From a candidate division Kazan bacterium RIFCSPHIGHO2_01_FULL_44_14 (lineage in GTDB: Bacteria; Patescibacteriota; Kazan-3B-28): a stretch of DNA of 64,000 nucleotides. Every line of letters starts with the position of its first letter. Position 1 is the stretch's first letter. Positions 29,616-39,329 of this stretch are shown here, piece by piece. The notes beneath the pieces are model-generated. The model was not told where the DNA came from and searched no databases. It saw only the letters and a program-made list of their open reading frames with translations. The stretch spans positions 503,200-567,199 of the forward strand of contig METB01000001.1 of assembly GCA_001771185.1 (NCBI GenBank), written 5' to 3'. Made by a program: the position numbers and the translations under genes.

Positions 29616-29644
29616 TTGACATACCTGTTAGAGGTAGGTATCCT
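29616..29644 (+). promoter_or_regulatory. Candidate rRNA promoter (TTGACA - 17 bp - TATCCT)
   Basis: consensus -35 with a 4/6 -10 element, ~270 nt upstream of the 16S 5' end. Confidence 0.4.
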
Positions 29645-30312
29645 GGTTCTGGTATACCAGTAATCTTTTAAAAGGAGTTTAGATAAAGGGTTTCTAGCCC
29701 CGACTTGTCGGGGTGATAGAGTTCCCCCGGTTCCTGGATGTCAGGAGCTGATTTTTATTTGTTCTCCTTTTTGTAAGATTGTCTGGATGTACTTTTCCAA
29801 CCAGTGAGTACTCAGAGAGCTTTAGTTTTGTTTTTCATCTTGTACCGCAAGGTGCAAGTTATTTACCGTTTTGAAATTTGTTTGTTGCAAAACAAATAAC
29901 TTTTCAGAACTTTTTTGAGAGTTTGATCCTGGCTCAGGATTAACGCTGGCGGCATGCCTAACACATGCAAGTCGAATGCCCAGTGCGTAGCACTGGGAAT
30001 GTCAAATGAAAAATGAAAAATGAAAAATGTTGGTGTCTCTGGCTTCGCCAGGATTCCGGCATTTGTAATTTGTAATTTGTAATTTGGTGTTTCCAATGCT
30101 TCGCATTGGTAGCATGGCAGACGGCTGAGTAACGCGTGGGAACTTACCTCTAAGTTGGGTATAACCTGCCGAAAGGCGGGATAATCCCCAATGTGTTCGC
30201 AAGAACAAAGATTTATCGCTTAGAGAGAGGCCTGCGTCCGATTAGCTTGTTGGTGGGGTAATGGCCTACCAAGGCACTGATCGGTAGGGGGCTTGAGAGG
30301 GTGACCCCCCAG

Positions 30313-30357
<45 letters not shown>

Positions 30358-30749
30358 AGGGATTTTCCGCAATGGACGAAAGTCTGACGGAGCAATGCCG
30401 CGTGAAGGAAGAAGGTCTTCGGATTGTAAACTTCTTTTGCTTGGGAAGATTATGACGGTACCAAGCGAATAAGACGCTGCTAACTACGTGCCAGCAGCAG
30501 CGGTAATACGTAGGCGTCGAGCGTTATCCGGATTTACTGGGCGTAAAGCGTCCGCAGGTGGGTTGACAAGTCCGATATTAAATATCCCGGCTCAACCGGG
30601 AAAAAGTGTTGGAAACTGTCGATCTTGAGATTGGGAGAGGCTGATGGAACTTATGGAGTAGGGTTGAAATCCGTAGATACCATAAGGAACACCAAAGGCG
30701 AAGGCAGTCAGCTGGCCCAATTCTGACACTCATGGACGAAAGCGTGGGT

Positions 30750-30783
<34 letters not shown>

Positions 30784-30880
30784 CCTAAACGATGGATACT
30801 AGGCATTGGTGGCATCGACCCCCTCAGTGCCGAAGCTAACGCGTTAAGTATCCCGCCTGGGGAGTACGGTCGCAAGACTA

Positions 30881-30940
<60 letters not shown>

Positions 30941-31445
30941 GTAAGCGGAGCACCTCACCAAGATTTGACATCCTGTTGAAAGCGACTGGAAACAGACGCC
31001 TCCTTTTAGGCAACAGTGACAGGTGCTGCACGGTTGTCGTCAGCTCGTGTCGTGAGATGTACGGTTAAGTCCGATAACGAGCGCAACCCCTATGTTGTGT
31101 TGTATTTTTCACAACAGACTGCCGTGGTTAACACGGAGGAAGGTGGGGATGACGTCAAATCAGCGTGGCCTTTATATCTTGGGCGACACACGTGCTACAA
31201 TGGGTAGGTCACAATGGGTTGCGATGCCGTAAGGCGGAGCTAATCCCACCAAAACTACCCCAAGTTCGGATTGAGGGCTGCAACTCGCCCTCATGAAGCT
31301 GGAATCGCTAGTAACCGCAAATCAGCCATGTTGCGGTGAATACGTTCTCGGGTCTTGTACACACCGCCCGTCACACCAAGAAAGTGAGAAACATCCGAAA
31401 TCCTCTTTTAGAGGCCTAAGGTGGAGCTCATGATCGGGGTGAAGT

Positions 31446-32211
31446 TTAACGGCTTCCCATGCAAGTAATTGCATGGTAAAATCTAACTATATCGGTGAAC
31501 TCCAAAGTAATTTGGACAACGCCGAGGGAAGTTGGGCTAGAAGCTGGGAATGTCCCAAACAAAGCAAGGAAATCTTATCCGACAGAGTCCGTTGACATCT
31601 CAAGAAGTTGAGGTGATTCAAGGGTGTTTACTCGGAGATGGAACACTTTCCAAGTCAGGAAAGAACTATCGTCTGCGAGTTGAACATAAGTCATCACATT
31701 GGGAGTATGTTGAGTGGAAATTTGCCCTTTTAAGGCGGATTTGCATGAACGAACCTAACTATGTGCCGACGCACGCATCATTGCGTTTTGGCTCAATCGG
31801 ACATCCAGAGATTACTGAGATGAGAAGACAATGGTATCGTCCGTATAAACAGATACCGTCAGGATTAGTGCTGACACCGCTAATGTTAGCGGTTTGGTTT
31901 ATGGATGATGGCACCAAGCATCGAGATACAGTTGATGTATCGGTGCAAAGTTTTTCTAGAGAAAACTTGCAGAGTTTAAGAGATCAGTTGTTGACAATGG
32001 GAGTGCAAACTACCATCAACAGTGATTCTAAGGGCAATCGACTATACTTTATTAAAAGTAGTTACCCAGTATTCAAAAAACTTGTTAAACCATACATTGT
32101 GGAATGTATGGCATATAAGTTGCCTTAACCCCGTAGAGACTATACGTTGGCTCCGTCGAAAGACGGATGAAGACATAGTCCGGCACTCTCGGTAACGAGA
32201 GGTAACAGTCG
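31446..32211 (+). mobile_element. Intron inserted in 16S between GGGGTGAAGT and CGTAACAAGG (E. coli ~1495), carrying a homing endonuclease ORF
   Basis: the exon sequence is interrupted exactly within this conserved 3' stretch; contains the LAGLIDADG ORF. Confidence 0.8.
31550..32128 (+). CDS. LAGLIDADG homing endonuclease, intron-encoded
   Basis: two LAGLIDADG-like motifs, IQGCLLGDGTL and LMLAVWFMDDGTK. Confidence 0.85.
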   Translation: MSQTKQGNLIRQSPLTSQEVEVIQGCLLGDGTLSKSGKNYRLRVEHKSSHWEYVEWKFALLRRICMNEPNYVPTHASLRFGSIGHPEITEMRRQWYRPYKQIPSGLVLTPLMLAVWFMDDGTKHRDTVDVSVQSFSRENLQSLRDQLLTMGVQTTINSDSKGNRLYFIKSSYPVFKKLVKPYIVECMAYKLP

Positions 32212-32400
32212 CGTAACAAGGTATCCGTATCGGAAGGTGCGGATGGAACACCTCCTTTCTAGGGAGAAAAATTTAATGTTTGGCAATCTTGAATAAAGAA
32301 AGTTGAATATTCAAATTCTTCCCGAGAAGAATCGGTCGATTCTGCTATTTCTATAGCGGAATACATAGTTCTCTGGGTACTCATTGGTTAGAAAAATAAC

Positions 32401-32431
32401 GAGCACCGCCGAAAGGCGGTGCTCGTTATTT
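32401..32431 (+). terminator. Hairpin gagcaccgcc-gaaa-ggcggtgctc followed by a T-rich run, downstream of 16S
   Basis: 10-bp stem with a GNRA loop. Confidence 0.5.
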
Positions 32432-32439
32432 AAGCGTTC

Positions 32440-32880
32440 ACGCCCCGCTTGACTGGGCGGTTCTTTTACCACCCCATTTGCTTGCCTGCCTGCCGGTAGG
32501 TAGGTCCAAATGGGGTGGTGCCCCAAAAGACACCCCACTCACAAATTATTAGCCAAACAGAAAAATTTTCTTTCTGGCTTCCCGCCCGCACCGCATACGC
32601 GGAGCGTTTCGGGCAGGTCGGCGAGCTCTCTCCCTTCGGTCGTTCAAACAACGCCTTCGCTGCGAAAATTTCTCTATTGGCTGACATAATTTGTTCGATG
32701 GGTCCCAACAGAAATAGATAACTTCGTCCTAGGGCCATTTAAAAGAAGCTCAATTCAGCCTGCCTGCCGGTAGGCATACTCCGATATTCGATTAAGAAAA
32801 AATAATTTCTCGGTTAGCACGGGACCTCGCTGCTCATTTTTTCCACATTTATAATAACAAAACAGAGCCGTTAGGCGATT
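32440..32880. repeat. Repeat-rich spacer (family B mosaic copy plus gcctgcctgccggtagg motifs)
   Basis: segments shared with 15990-16115, 37990-38130, 53530-53830 and 63950-64000; the ataacaaaacagagcc motif also occurs at 49006. Confidence 0.6.
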
Positions 32881-32964
32881 TTTTGATGTCTGGGAGTAAC
32901 TTGTCAGATAGGGGAAGGTCTGGTACACTCCGGCCATCTGTCCCTGATGGGATGTTCTTTTCTA

Positions 32965-33971
32965 AGGAGGTTATGGTTATGGAAAATCCTGTGGCCACTC
33001 AATGTCGCAGTATACCGAGCCAGGAAGAGGTACGGAACGAGATTCGGCTGATGGCCAACGAACTGGGTGTAGAGGATAAAGATGTTGGCCAGTTGCTGAA
33101 TTTTTATGCCGGGGACCGCGGGAAACTATTCGGCAACATCACCGTTCAGCGCGGTGAAGAACTGTTGGCGCATGGCGTTCTTGGTTTAATCTGGCTATTG
33201 ACTCACTTTCCGCTTCAAAATCAGCGTACTGTGGTGTTACGCAACAATATCGCCCAGGCCTTTGTAGCACATCCGGCTACATCTGAGGACGATCTTAAAC
33301 TTGGTGTGGGCGATTATCGGCGGGCGTTATTGGCTCTGGAGGGCGGATGTTGTCCGCGAGTTTGTCGCTGGCTATTGCGCTATGGTGGCGGTTTTGGGGC
33401 CAATGAACAACAGATAGCCAACGAATCTGCTACTAGATTAATTCAGCACGTCCAGTATGCCGATGATCTACTATTAATCATCGGACATAGTTATGTCAGC
33501 CAGGAGTTGCAGATACAGGCAATGACGATGTTGAGTCAAAGAGCCGGCCAATTTCACATTGTCAGCGATCAGTACCTGGTTAACATGATGCGCAAAGTGA
33601 TTGGTAGACCGGCTTTGTATGCAGATGCCTGTCGAGTATTGCTGGAATTGCCGGTACATCTTGAGGAAAAGCGAGAGGCCATCTACCAATCAATCAAGTC
33701 CTGGGAAAAAACGCGCTATCTCGGCGATGATGGTGAACCCATATCGGGAGTGACTAGTGATACTCATTATGTCAGTCCAGAGGTGGCGAACTCGGCATAT
33801 CAGGTCTTATTCTCACTCGGGCTGACTGCCCGCGGAGTGCAATGGCTATATCAAGCAGGTCACGGAACGCGACTCCTGCCGATATTATGGGCTAGACGTA
33901 ACGAGTGTGAAAGTGTCTTGGCCAGATTAGAAATTTTAAGCTGGGCTTGTCGATGCCATTGGGACTATTGA
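32965..33971 (+). CDS. hypothetical protein, noticeably more GC-rich than its surroundings
   Basis: start chosen at the ATG after aaggagg (the ORF extends to 32883); no recognisable motifs; lies between 16S and tRNA-Ala. Confidence 0.5.
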
Positions 33972-34160
33972 TGTACTTTTTTATTGCGACTAAAGCGCCG
34001 TTACTTGGACGGCGCTTTTTATTATTTATGGTGGACCTGTCTGCCGACAGGCAGGCCCGGGCGGACTTCCCTGCTGGCTACGGGGGCCCTGCGCTCGCTA
34101 CAACAAGGAAGACAACAATTCATATAAGCAGCATCGTGAGCGAACCGCCACTATCTTTAT

Positions 34161-34237
34161 TGGTGGAGATGGGGAGATTCGAACTCCCGACCTCCTGCTT
34201 GCAAAGCAGGCGCTCTAACCAACTGAGCTACATCCCC
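34161..34237 (-). tRNA. tRNA-Ala (anticodon UGC)
   Basis: cloverleaf; anticodon loop tttgcaa; G3:U70 pair; encoded CCA. Confidence 0.85.
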
Positions 34238-34351
34238 AATTTATAAATGCAGTGTTCTACCAGATGCCTGTCCACCAAAGTGATATCTATGTTCCAAGTG
34301 GCTAATGACCTATTTGTGATGAGATTGAACGACGGTGGAAACTACGGGCCC

Positions 34352-34573
34352 CTAAACCCCAAAAAATCCTAATGTGATGCGGTCAAATCCTATCAGAAAA
34401 CCCATAGCGATGGCAATTAGTCCGAATAAAATATAGGCCGTATAAGTGCCACCGGCTCCTAGATAGCGTTCTGCCCAGCCAATCTTGTATCCAATCAAGG
34501 TAGCTAACTTTTTATGATAGATAACAAGTAGAGTTCCCCCGAACACCCCCAAAATAAAGAAGAAAAATCGCAT
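34352..34573 (-). CDS. hypothetical small membrane protein
   Basis: two TM helices, 73 aa. Confidence 0.4.
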   Translation of the reverse strand: MRFFFFILGVFGGTLLVIYHKKLATLIGYKIGWAERYLGAGGTYTAYILFGLIAIAMGFLIGFDRITLGFFGV

Positions 34574-34766
34574 GCTGTTATTATACCAATTTCATTGATA
34601 CAGACCGATTTTTTTGGTACTCTGGCAGGTGTTGGTGCCTAAATTCTCCATCCAAATCCGTGAACTAGGCCGTAGGCCGTTTACAGATTTGAGAGGAGCA
34701 ACACCGAGCGCCAAGAGCCGAGCGAGCATGCCGAGCTCGTGCGTACCTCGAGGTTGTTGTGACGAG

Positions 34767-34843
34767 GGGCGTGTAGCTCAGTTGGTTAGAGCGCTGTCCT
34801 GATAAGACAGAGGTCCCTGGTTCGAATCCAGGCACGCCCACCA
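34767..34843 (+). tRNA. tRNA-Ile (anticodon GAU)
   Basis: cloverleaf; anticodon loop ctgataa; encoded CCA. Confidence 0.85.
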
Positions 34844-34941
34844 GTCTTCGCTACCTTCAGTAGCTACGCCTGGCTCCGCCAGCGAACTCGAAGACTGCCC
34901 TGCGTAGCTCGTTAGAGCGAAGCATGGGCTAATATTAAAAA

Positions 34942-34965
34942 AGCAGGGTGCCATTGGCACCCTAT
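34942..34965 (-). terminator. Rho-independent terminator (hairpin cagggtgcc-attg-gcaccctg with a T-run on the minus strand)
   Basis: follows the stop of the 34962..35264 minus-strand ORF. Confidence 0.5.
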
Positions 34966-35264
34966 TGATGTACTGCTAGCGATTTGTCCTTGCGGACGTT
35001 TTCTGCAACAGCCCTTTTGAGTGCGACGGAAAGGTCGATGGCTGATTGTCTCATCTTGGGAGAACGTTCTTGCTGTTCGCGTTCGAGTGTCGCAAGGCAC
35101 TTCGTGCAAGTTTGGGTCGCTCGAGAATCAAGCAACGGTTTGTGGCATCGCCAACAGTTCGGTGAAAAAGTTCTAGACAAAGGAACACCTCCTAAAGGAC
35201 AAATAACACTTTGATTATACTTTAAAACAGCCGATATTATTATTGGTTGACCGCAGTCAAACAC
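34962..35264 (-). CDS. hypothetical small Cys-rich protein
   Basis: CxxC pairs (CWRCH, CTKC); terminator immediately downstream. Confidence 0.35.
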   Translation of the reverse strand: MFDCGQPIIISAVLKYNQSVICPLGGVPLSRTFSPNCWRCHKPLLDSRATQTCTKCLATLEREQQERSPKMRQSAIDLSVALKRAVAENVRKDKSLAVHQ

Positions 35265-35319
35265 AATGCTATCCTATAGACGATTTTTAGTACCTTAACA
35301 TCACAGGGGGTGATGTGCT

Positions 35320-36297
35320 TTGAGAAAGTTTGTTTTATTGTGTGTTGTAATGCTGTTGTTGGGATGCCAGGGTAGCGCCCCTTGTGTCAAAAGTAATATC
35401 CACCACAATGACGCACTAACCAGTAATCCGTACTATGTGTTGGTGTCTAAGTTTTGGGAGGAAAGAGCGCGACTAACCTCCAAGCCGTCTTTTGGGGGAG
35501 ATGTAGCAGTAGGCGACTTGCATCATATTCTTGAGCCTCTTGGTCCCAATAGTATAGGGATTTCTGCGCTACCTCCAGAAAGATACAGTTTGGTCTGGTC
35601 GTATCGCAATGTCGGTGATTACGATTGGGACGGAGAAGTGTCTGTTGCTGATATTACTCAGGTTGCCGACTTTTTTGGCTATACAGCACCTGATGGTCAA
35701 ACTCCCTCGTACAAACTAAAGGCTGACGGTGACGGGAACGGCGAAGTGGGAGTATCGGACATTACTCCGATTGCTTACAATTATCTATCTGCAGTTAGCG
35801 GGTATATCATCCAGGGTTCGCAACTGGATGGTGAATTTACCGACATTGTTCAAATTGACGACGAAGCTTTAGGGGTGCAGATATTCCACGGTTGGCACAA
35901 GACGATTTCATGGGATTGTACTGGTCAAGAGTATGACTTGTTTAGGGTTGTCCCGGTGGACCTCAATGGTCAACGGAGTTCTCCCTCCAACATTGCTGGA
36001 TCGGTCTGGATTCAACCGAACATTCTCTCTGTTTCTCCAACGTGGGTTTGGTCGGGGGGTGGTGAGCCAAGCTATGTAGGACAAGAAATCACATTTTCTG
36101 TCGAACTATCCGAAGAGTCGGTTCCTCCGTTTGCTTATGATTGGGACTTTGGCGGGGCGTCTGCTCCTAACACATCAACGGAACAACAAGTGATGGTAAA
36201 TATGACGGAAATTGGAGAGTTTTGGATTCACATCTCAGTTTCAAACCAATGGGGAACAGATAGCTGGTCATTTCCAGTTGTTGTTAATCCGGTTTAA
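35320..36297 (+). CDS. Lipoprotein with dockerin-like repeats and a PKD-like domain
   Basis: lipobox LLGC; two dockerin-type Ca-binding repeats (DYDWDGEVSVADITQVADFF and DGDGNGEVGVSDITPIAYNY); PKD motif YDWDFGG. Confidence 0.6.
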   Translation: MRKFVLLCVVMLLLGCQGSAPCVKSNIHHNDALTSNPYYVLVSKFWEERARLTSKPSFGGDVAVGDLHHILEPLGPNSIGISALPPERYSLVWSYRNVGDYDWDGEVSVADITQVADFFGYTAPDGQTPSYKLKADGDGNGEVGVSDITPIAYNYLSAVSGYIIQGSQLDGEFTDIVQIDDEALGVQIFHGWHKTISWDCTGQEYDLFRVVPVDLNGQRSSPSNIAGSVWIQPNILSVSPTWVWSGGGEPSYVGQEITFSVELSEESVPPFAYDWDFGGASAPNTSTEQQVMVNMTEIGEFWIHISVSNQWGTDSWSFPVVVNPV

Positions 36298-36357
36298 AAG
36301 TAGTTCTTTTGGGCGCTCACGATAAGTGAGCGCCTTTTATTTCTTATGTGAATTGGA

Positions 36358-36981
36358 CTACTTCTCCCAATACTTTTCTTCGATATTTCCAGCAAAGTAT
36401 TCGTAGCGTTCAAGGGTAAAAAGTAAATCCGACAACCGATTGGAAAACTTGCGGATGACTGGGTCAACTTCTTCGGTTTCAGCTAACGAGACAATCATTC
36501 GTTCGGTTCGGCGACAAGTAGTTCTGGCAACTGACAAAAATGCCCCGGCTTTGTTTTGCCCTGGGACAATAAAAGTGGTGATAGGAAGCAAATCGGTATT
36601 GAAATAATCAATGCATTTTTCTAGTCCGGTCACTTCTAGTTCAGTGATGATTGGTAACCGAGCTGGCCCGCCTGCAGCGCTATGCCAGCCCGCAGTAGTT
36701 ACAGCGTTTCTGGCGGGCGTAGCATTGCGGGCAGGGTCAGTATTGTTTAGTGGGCTAGCCAAAATTGAAGCACTATTCATTAATTTATGCTGAATCCGCT
36801 CCAGCAGTTTTTTAATATCAGGCACATTGCTAAAAATTTTGGCCACACCGATGGCGGTATTTAATTCATCAATCGTTCCGTAGGTCTGCACTCTTAAAGA
36901 GGCCTTACTAATCCTGGGGCCGTTAAACAGGCCAGTAGTACCGTCATCGCCTTTGCGGGTATAAATCTTGGGGAGTTCCAT
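36358..36981 (-). CDS. PduO-type ATP:cob(I)alamin adenosyltransferase carrying an in-frame insertion of a family A repeat
   Basis: N-terminus MELPKIYTRKGDDGTTGLFNGPRISK...; ~30 extra residues (NNTDPARNATPARNAVTTAGWHSAAGGPARLP) are encoded by the repeat copy at 36667..36735. Confidence 0.8.
   Translation of the reverse strand: MELPKIYTRKGDDGTTGLFNGPRISKASLRVQTYGTIDELNTAIGVAKIFSNVPDIKKLLERIQHKLMNSASILASPLNNTDPARNATPARNAVTTAGWHSAAGGPARLPIITELEVTGLEKCIDYFNTDLLPITTFIVPGQNKAGAFLSVARTTCRRTERMIVSLAETEEVDPVIRKFSNRLSDLLFTLERYEYFAGNIEEKYWEK
36667..36735. repeat. Family A palindromic repeat copy inside the adenosyltransferase coding sequence
   Basis: cccgcctgcagcgctatgccagcccgcagtagttacagcgtttctggcgggcgtagcattgcgggcagg is near-identical to 53982..54051 and related to 22231..22312 and 49186..49267. 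Confidence 0.8.
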
Positions 36982-37163
36982 CCCTCGGTACCTCGGGATT
37001 ACATCTATAACAAGTTATCTTATCAGACCTCTGATAGAATGGAAATACTAAGTCCAAAGCACGAAATCTTGAACAAGCACCGAATCGCAATTGTTATAAA
37101 TAATGTTTGGGATTTAGAATTTGGAATTTGTTTAGTATTTAGATATTAGGATTTAGAATTTAA

Positions 37164-37919
37164 TTGTTTATGGCTACCATTAAGACATCGGGGATTATTA
37201 TCAGGAAGTTGAATCTGGGCGAAGCAGATAAGATTTTAACTGTGTTAACGCGTGACCGAGGGAAAATTCGAGTGCTGGCCAAAGGAGTCAGACGACCCAA
37301 AGCCAAGTTGTCTGGATTCTCGGATATTTTTCATTACAACGATTTTATTTTGGCCGAAGGACGCAATTGGGACATTGTAACCTCGGCTGTAACAATAGAA
37401 CGATTTTTGCGGGATGATACGGCTTTGGAGCAAATCGGTTTGATGTATTATGTTTGCGAATTGACGGATAAATTGATTGAAGAGACCCAGACCGTTCTGG
37501 GTAGTTTTGAATTATTGCGAGAGACATTAGCGTATATGAAAAATCATCCTGGCTCTACCATTGCCAGAAGTTATTTCGAAATGAAATTATTAACTTTACT
37601 GGGTTTTGCGCCCCAGTTAAATCGATGTGTGGTAGGTGGTCAACTATTTAAAGACGACGAACAATTGCGTTTCAGTTGTATTTTGGGCGGGGTGGTATCC
37701 AAAGCTCACAGTACGGCCGATGAATTGGCTCGGCCAATTTCGGTTAATGCCTTGAAATGGTTGCGGTTACTTCAGCGATATCCCTTGGAGGGGATTGATA
37801 AAATAAAAGTTGATGATGACACAATCAAGCAAGCGACTAGCGTGTTGTCGGATTTTGTGGAGTATGCAACAGAAGTAAAGACCAAGTCATTGTTGGTAAT
37901 GGGGCAATTGGAGGATTAG
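37164..37919 (+). CDS. recO: DNA repair protein RecO
   Basis: N-terminal OB-fold (GIIIRKLNLGEADKILTVLTRDRGKIRVLAKG) and C-terminal zinc-binding region. Confidence 0.8.
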   Translation: MFMATIKTSGIIIRKLNLGEADKILTVLTRDRGKIRVLAKGVRRPKAKLSGFSDIFHYNDFILAEGRNWDIVTSAVTIERFLRDDTALEQIGLMYYVCELTDKLIEETQTVLGSFELLRETLAYMKNHPGSTIARSYFEMKLLTLLGFAPQLNRCVVGGQLFKDDEQLRFSCILGGVVSKAHSTADELARPISVNALKWLRLLQRYPLEGIDKIKVDDDTIKQATSVLSDFVEYATEVKTKSLLVMGQLED

Positions 37920-37929
37920 TTGATGAGCG

Positions 37930-38200
37930 TTAGGCGACGCTCAACCCGTCGGCACTTTGTCTTGGCAAAGTGCCCAAACCGCCCCGCCAGTCGTCGGGCT
38001 TGTTCGCCGAATAAAATTAGCTTTCTTCGCTTTCGGCAAACTCGCCTACGGCTCAAACAGTGCCTTCGCCTGTGCTAATTTTATTGGTTCAAGACAGCCC
38101 TCCTCCAATGGCGGACGAAGAGGAATAGAGAATCAACTTTGCTGGATGTGGATTTCAGGATCTAGATGCTGAAATAAATTCAGCATGACGGAGTTAGCGA
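37930..38200. repeat. Repeat cluster: family B mosaic segments plus the ttcaggatctagatgctgaaataaattcagcatgac hairpin motif
   Basis: ggcactttgtcttggcaaagtgcccaaaccgc is shared with 53610-53640; the hairpin motif is shared with 13062-13096. Confidence 0.65.
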
Positions 38201-38308
38201 CGGCGTTTGTTATGAAAAGCTTGATGCACCCCGGTACCAAATAAACCGGAAATTATTGCCGTAATTTCAGCGGTATGTTGGTACGGGGCAGGCTTCTTGA
38301 GCGTGTGG

Positions 38309-39250
38309 CTATCTCTGTCGTTTGTTATGAAACGCTGAATGAACTTCTCGGAGTTGTTTGTTGGTAATGTGGGTGTAGACCTGGGTGGTGGTAATCGAAG
38401 CGTGGCCGAGTAGGGCTTGGACCGAACGAATGTCGGCACCATTAATTAACAAATCAGTCGCATAGGAGTGACGCAGAGTATGTGGCGTCACTTTTTTTAC
38501 AATTCCGGCTTTGGTGGCGTACTTTTGAATAATTCGTTGAACTGAGCGGGGGGTCAGGTTTTCAGCGTTGGTATTTAACGCGTGTGCAATAAATACAAAT
38601 TCGTTGTTGTCTTTCCGTTTGTCTAGATAACGATGTAAAGATGCTTTGGCATCACCGGATAAAAAGACCACTCGCGGTTTATCGCCTTTTCCGCGGACCA
38701 TAAATTCACCGCGTTGAAGATTAATTTTATCGCGGGTGAGGGAGGTTAGTTCCGAGACCCGTAAACCGGTAGAAAATAATGTCTCGAGAATAGCTGTATC
38801 GCGCAAATTTTGTAAGTGATTATTTTGTGGTACGGCTTCTAAAATATCTTCGACTTCGTTTGCCTCCAAGAACTCAACCGTGCGTTCGGGAATTTTACTT
38901 AATTCAATTTTTTCGGCTGACAGGGTTTTAACATCTTGTTTGGATAAAAATTTCAGAAAAGCTCTAAGGGCAATAATGTGGTAGTTTTGAGTAATTAATT
39001 TAAGTGGTCGGTCACTATTATCAGTGGTCCGATTTAAATGTTGGCGATATTTGCGAACTAACGGCAAAGTAATGTGGGCAGGGGATAGGTTCTGTTGTCC
39101 AGCAGAATTAGCAAATTCTACAAATCGCTTCAGATAATGATCGTAATTCTGCAGGGTTTTTGGACTCCGGTTTTTTTCGATCTCTAAATAATCGAGAAAG
39201 TCCTGAATGTAGTTTTTTAGGTTACTGCTCATGTTAATATTGTACGACAT
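38309..39250 (-). CDS. Tyrosine site-specific recombinase (XerC/XerD family)
   Basis: C-terminal catalytic region (R...HxxR...Y: LRHSYATDLLINGADIRSVQALLGHASITTTQVYTHI); N-terminal core-binding domain. Confidence 0.85.
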   Translation of the reverse strand: MSYNINMSSNLKNYIQDFLDYLEIEKNRSPKTLQNYDHYLKRFVEFANSAGQQNLSPAHITLPLVRKYRQHLNRTTDNSDRPLKLITQNYHIIALRAFLKFLSKQDVKTLSAEKIELSKIPERTVEFLEANEVEDILEAVPQNNHLQNLRDTAILETLFSTGLRVSELTSLTRDKINLQRGEFMVRGKGDKPRVVFLSGDAKASLHRYLDKRKDNNEFVFIAHALNTNAENLTPRSVQRIIQKYATKAGIVKKVTPHTLRHSYATDLLINGADIRSVQALLGHASITTTQVYTHITNKQLREVHSAFHNKRQR

Positions 39251-39329
39251 TATTGGTCAAAAAGGTTTGACTAGAATTGAATTTTTATTCGACTGACAAT
39301 GAAGATGGTTTTGTACTTTAACAAGGAGA

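Noticed and set aside
30003-30088. Tandem heptamer repeats (aaatgaa x3, atttgta x3) considered as a CRISPR-like array or minisatellite
   Set aside because: They lie inside the 16S rRNA V1 region and are mutually complementary, consistent with an expansion-segment helix. No regular spacers and no cas genes are present.
31016-31207. 63-aa ORF within the 16S gene
   Set aside because: Falls entirely in conserved rRNA sequence, so it is a spurious ORF.
32260-32880. Possibility that a 23S rRNA gene begins after the 16S
   Set aside because: No conserved 23S 5' sequence or structure is recognisable. The region consists of dispersed repeat segments and ends in a protein-coding ORF.
33947-34246. 99-aa ORF
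   Set aside because: Overlaps the tRNA-Ala gene on the opposite strand.
38309-39250. Tyrosine recombinase considered as a prophage or integrative-element integrase
   Set aside because: No phage structural or replication genes are nearby. The architecture and length fit chromosomal XerC/XerD-type recombinases. Adjacent repeats keep a mobile-element association open but unproven.
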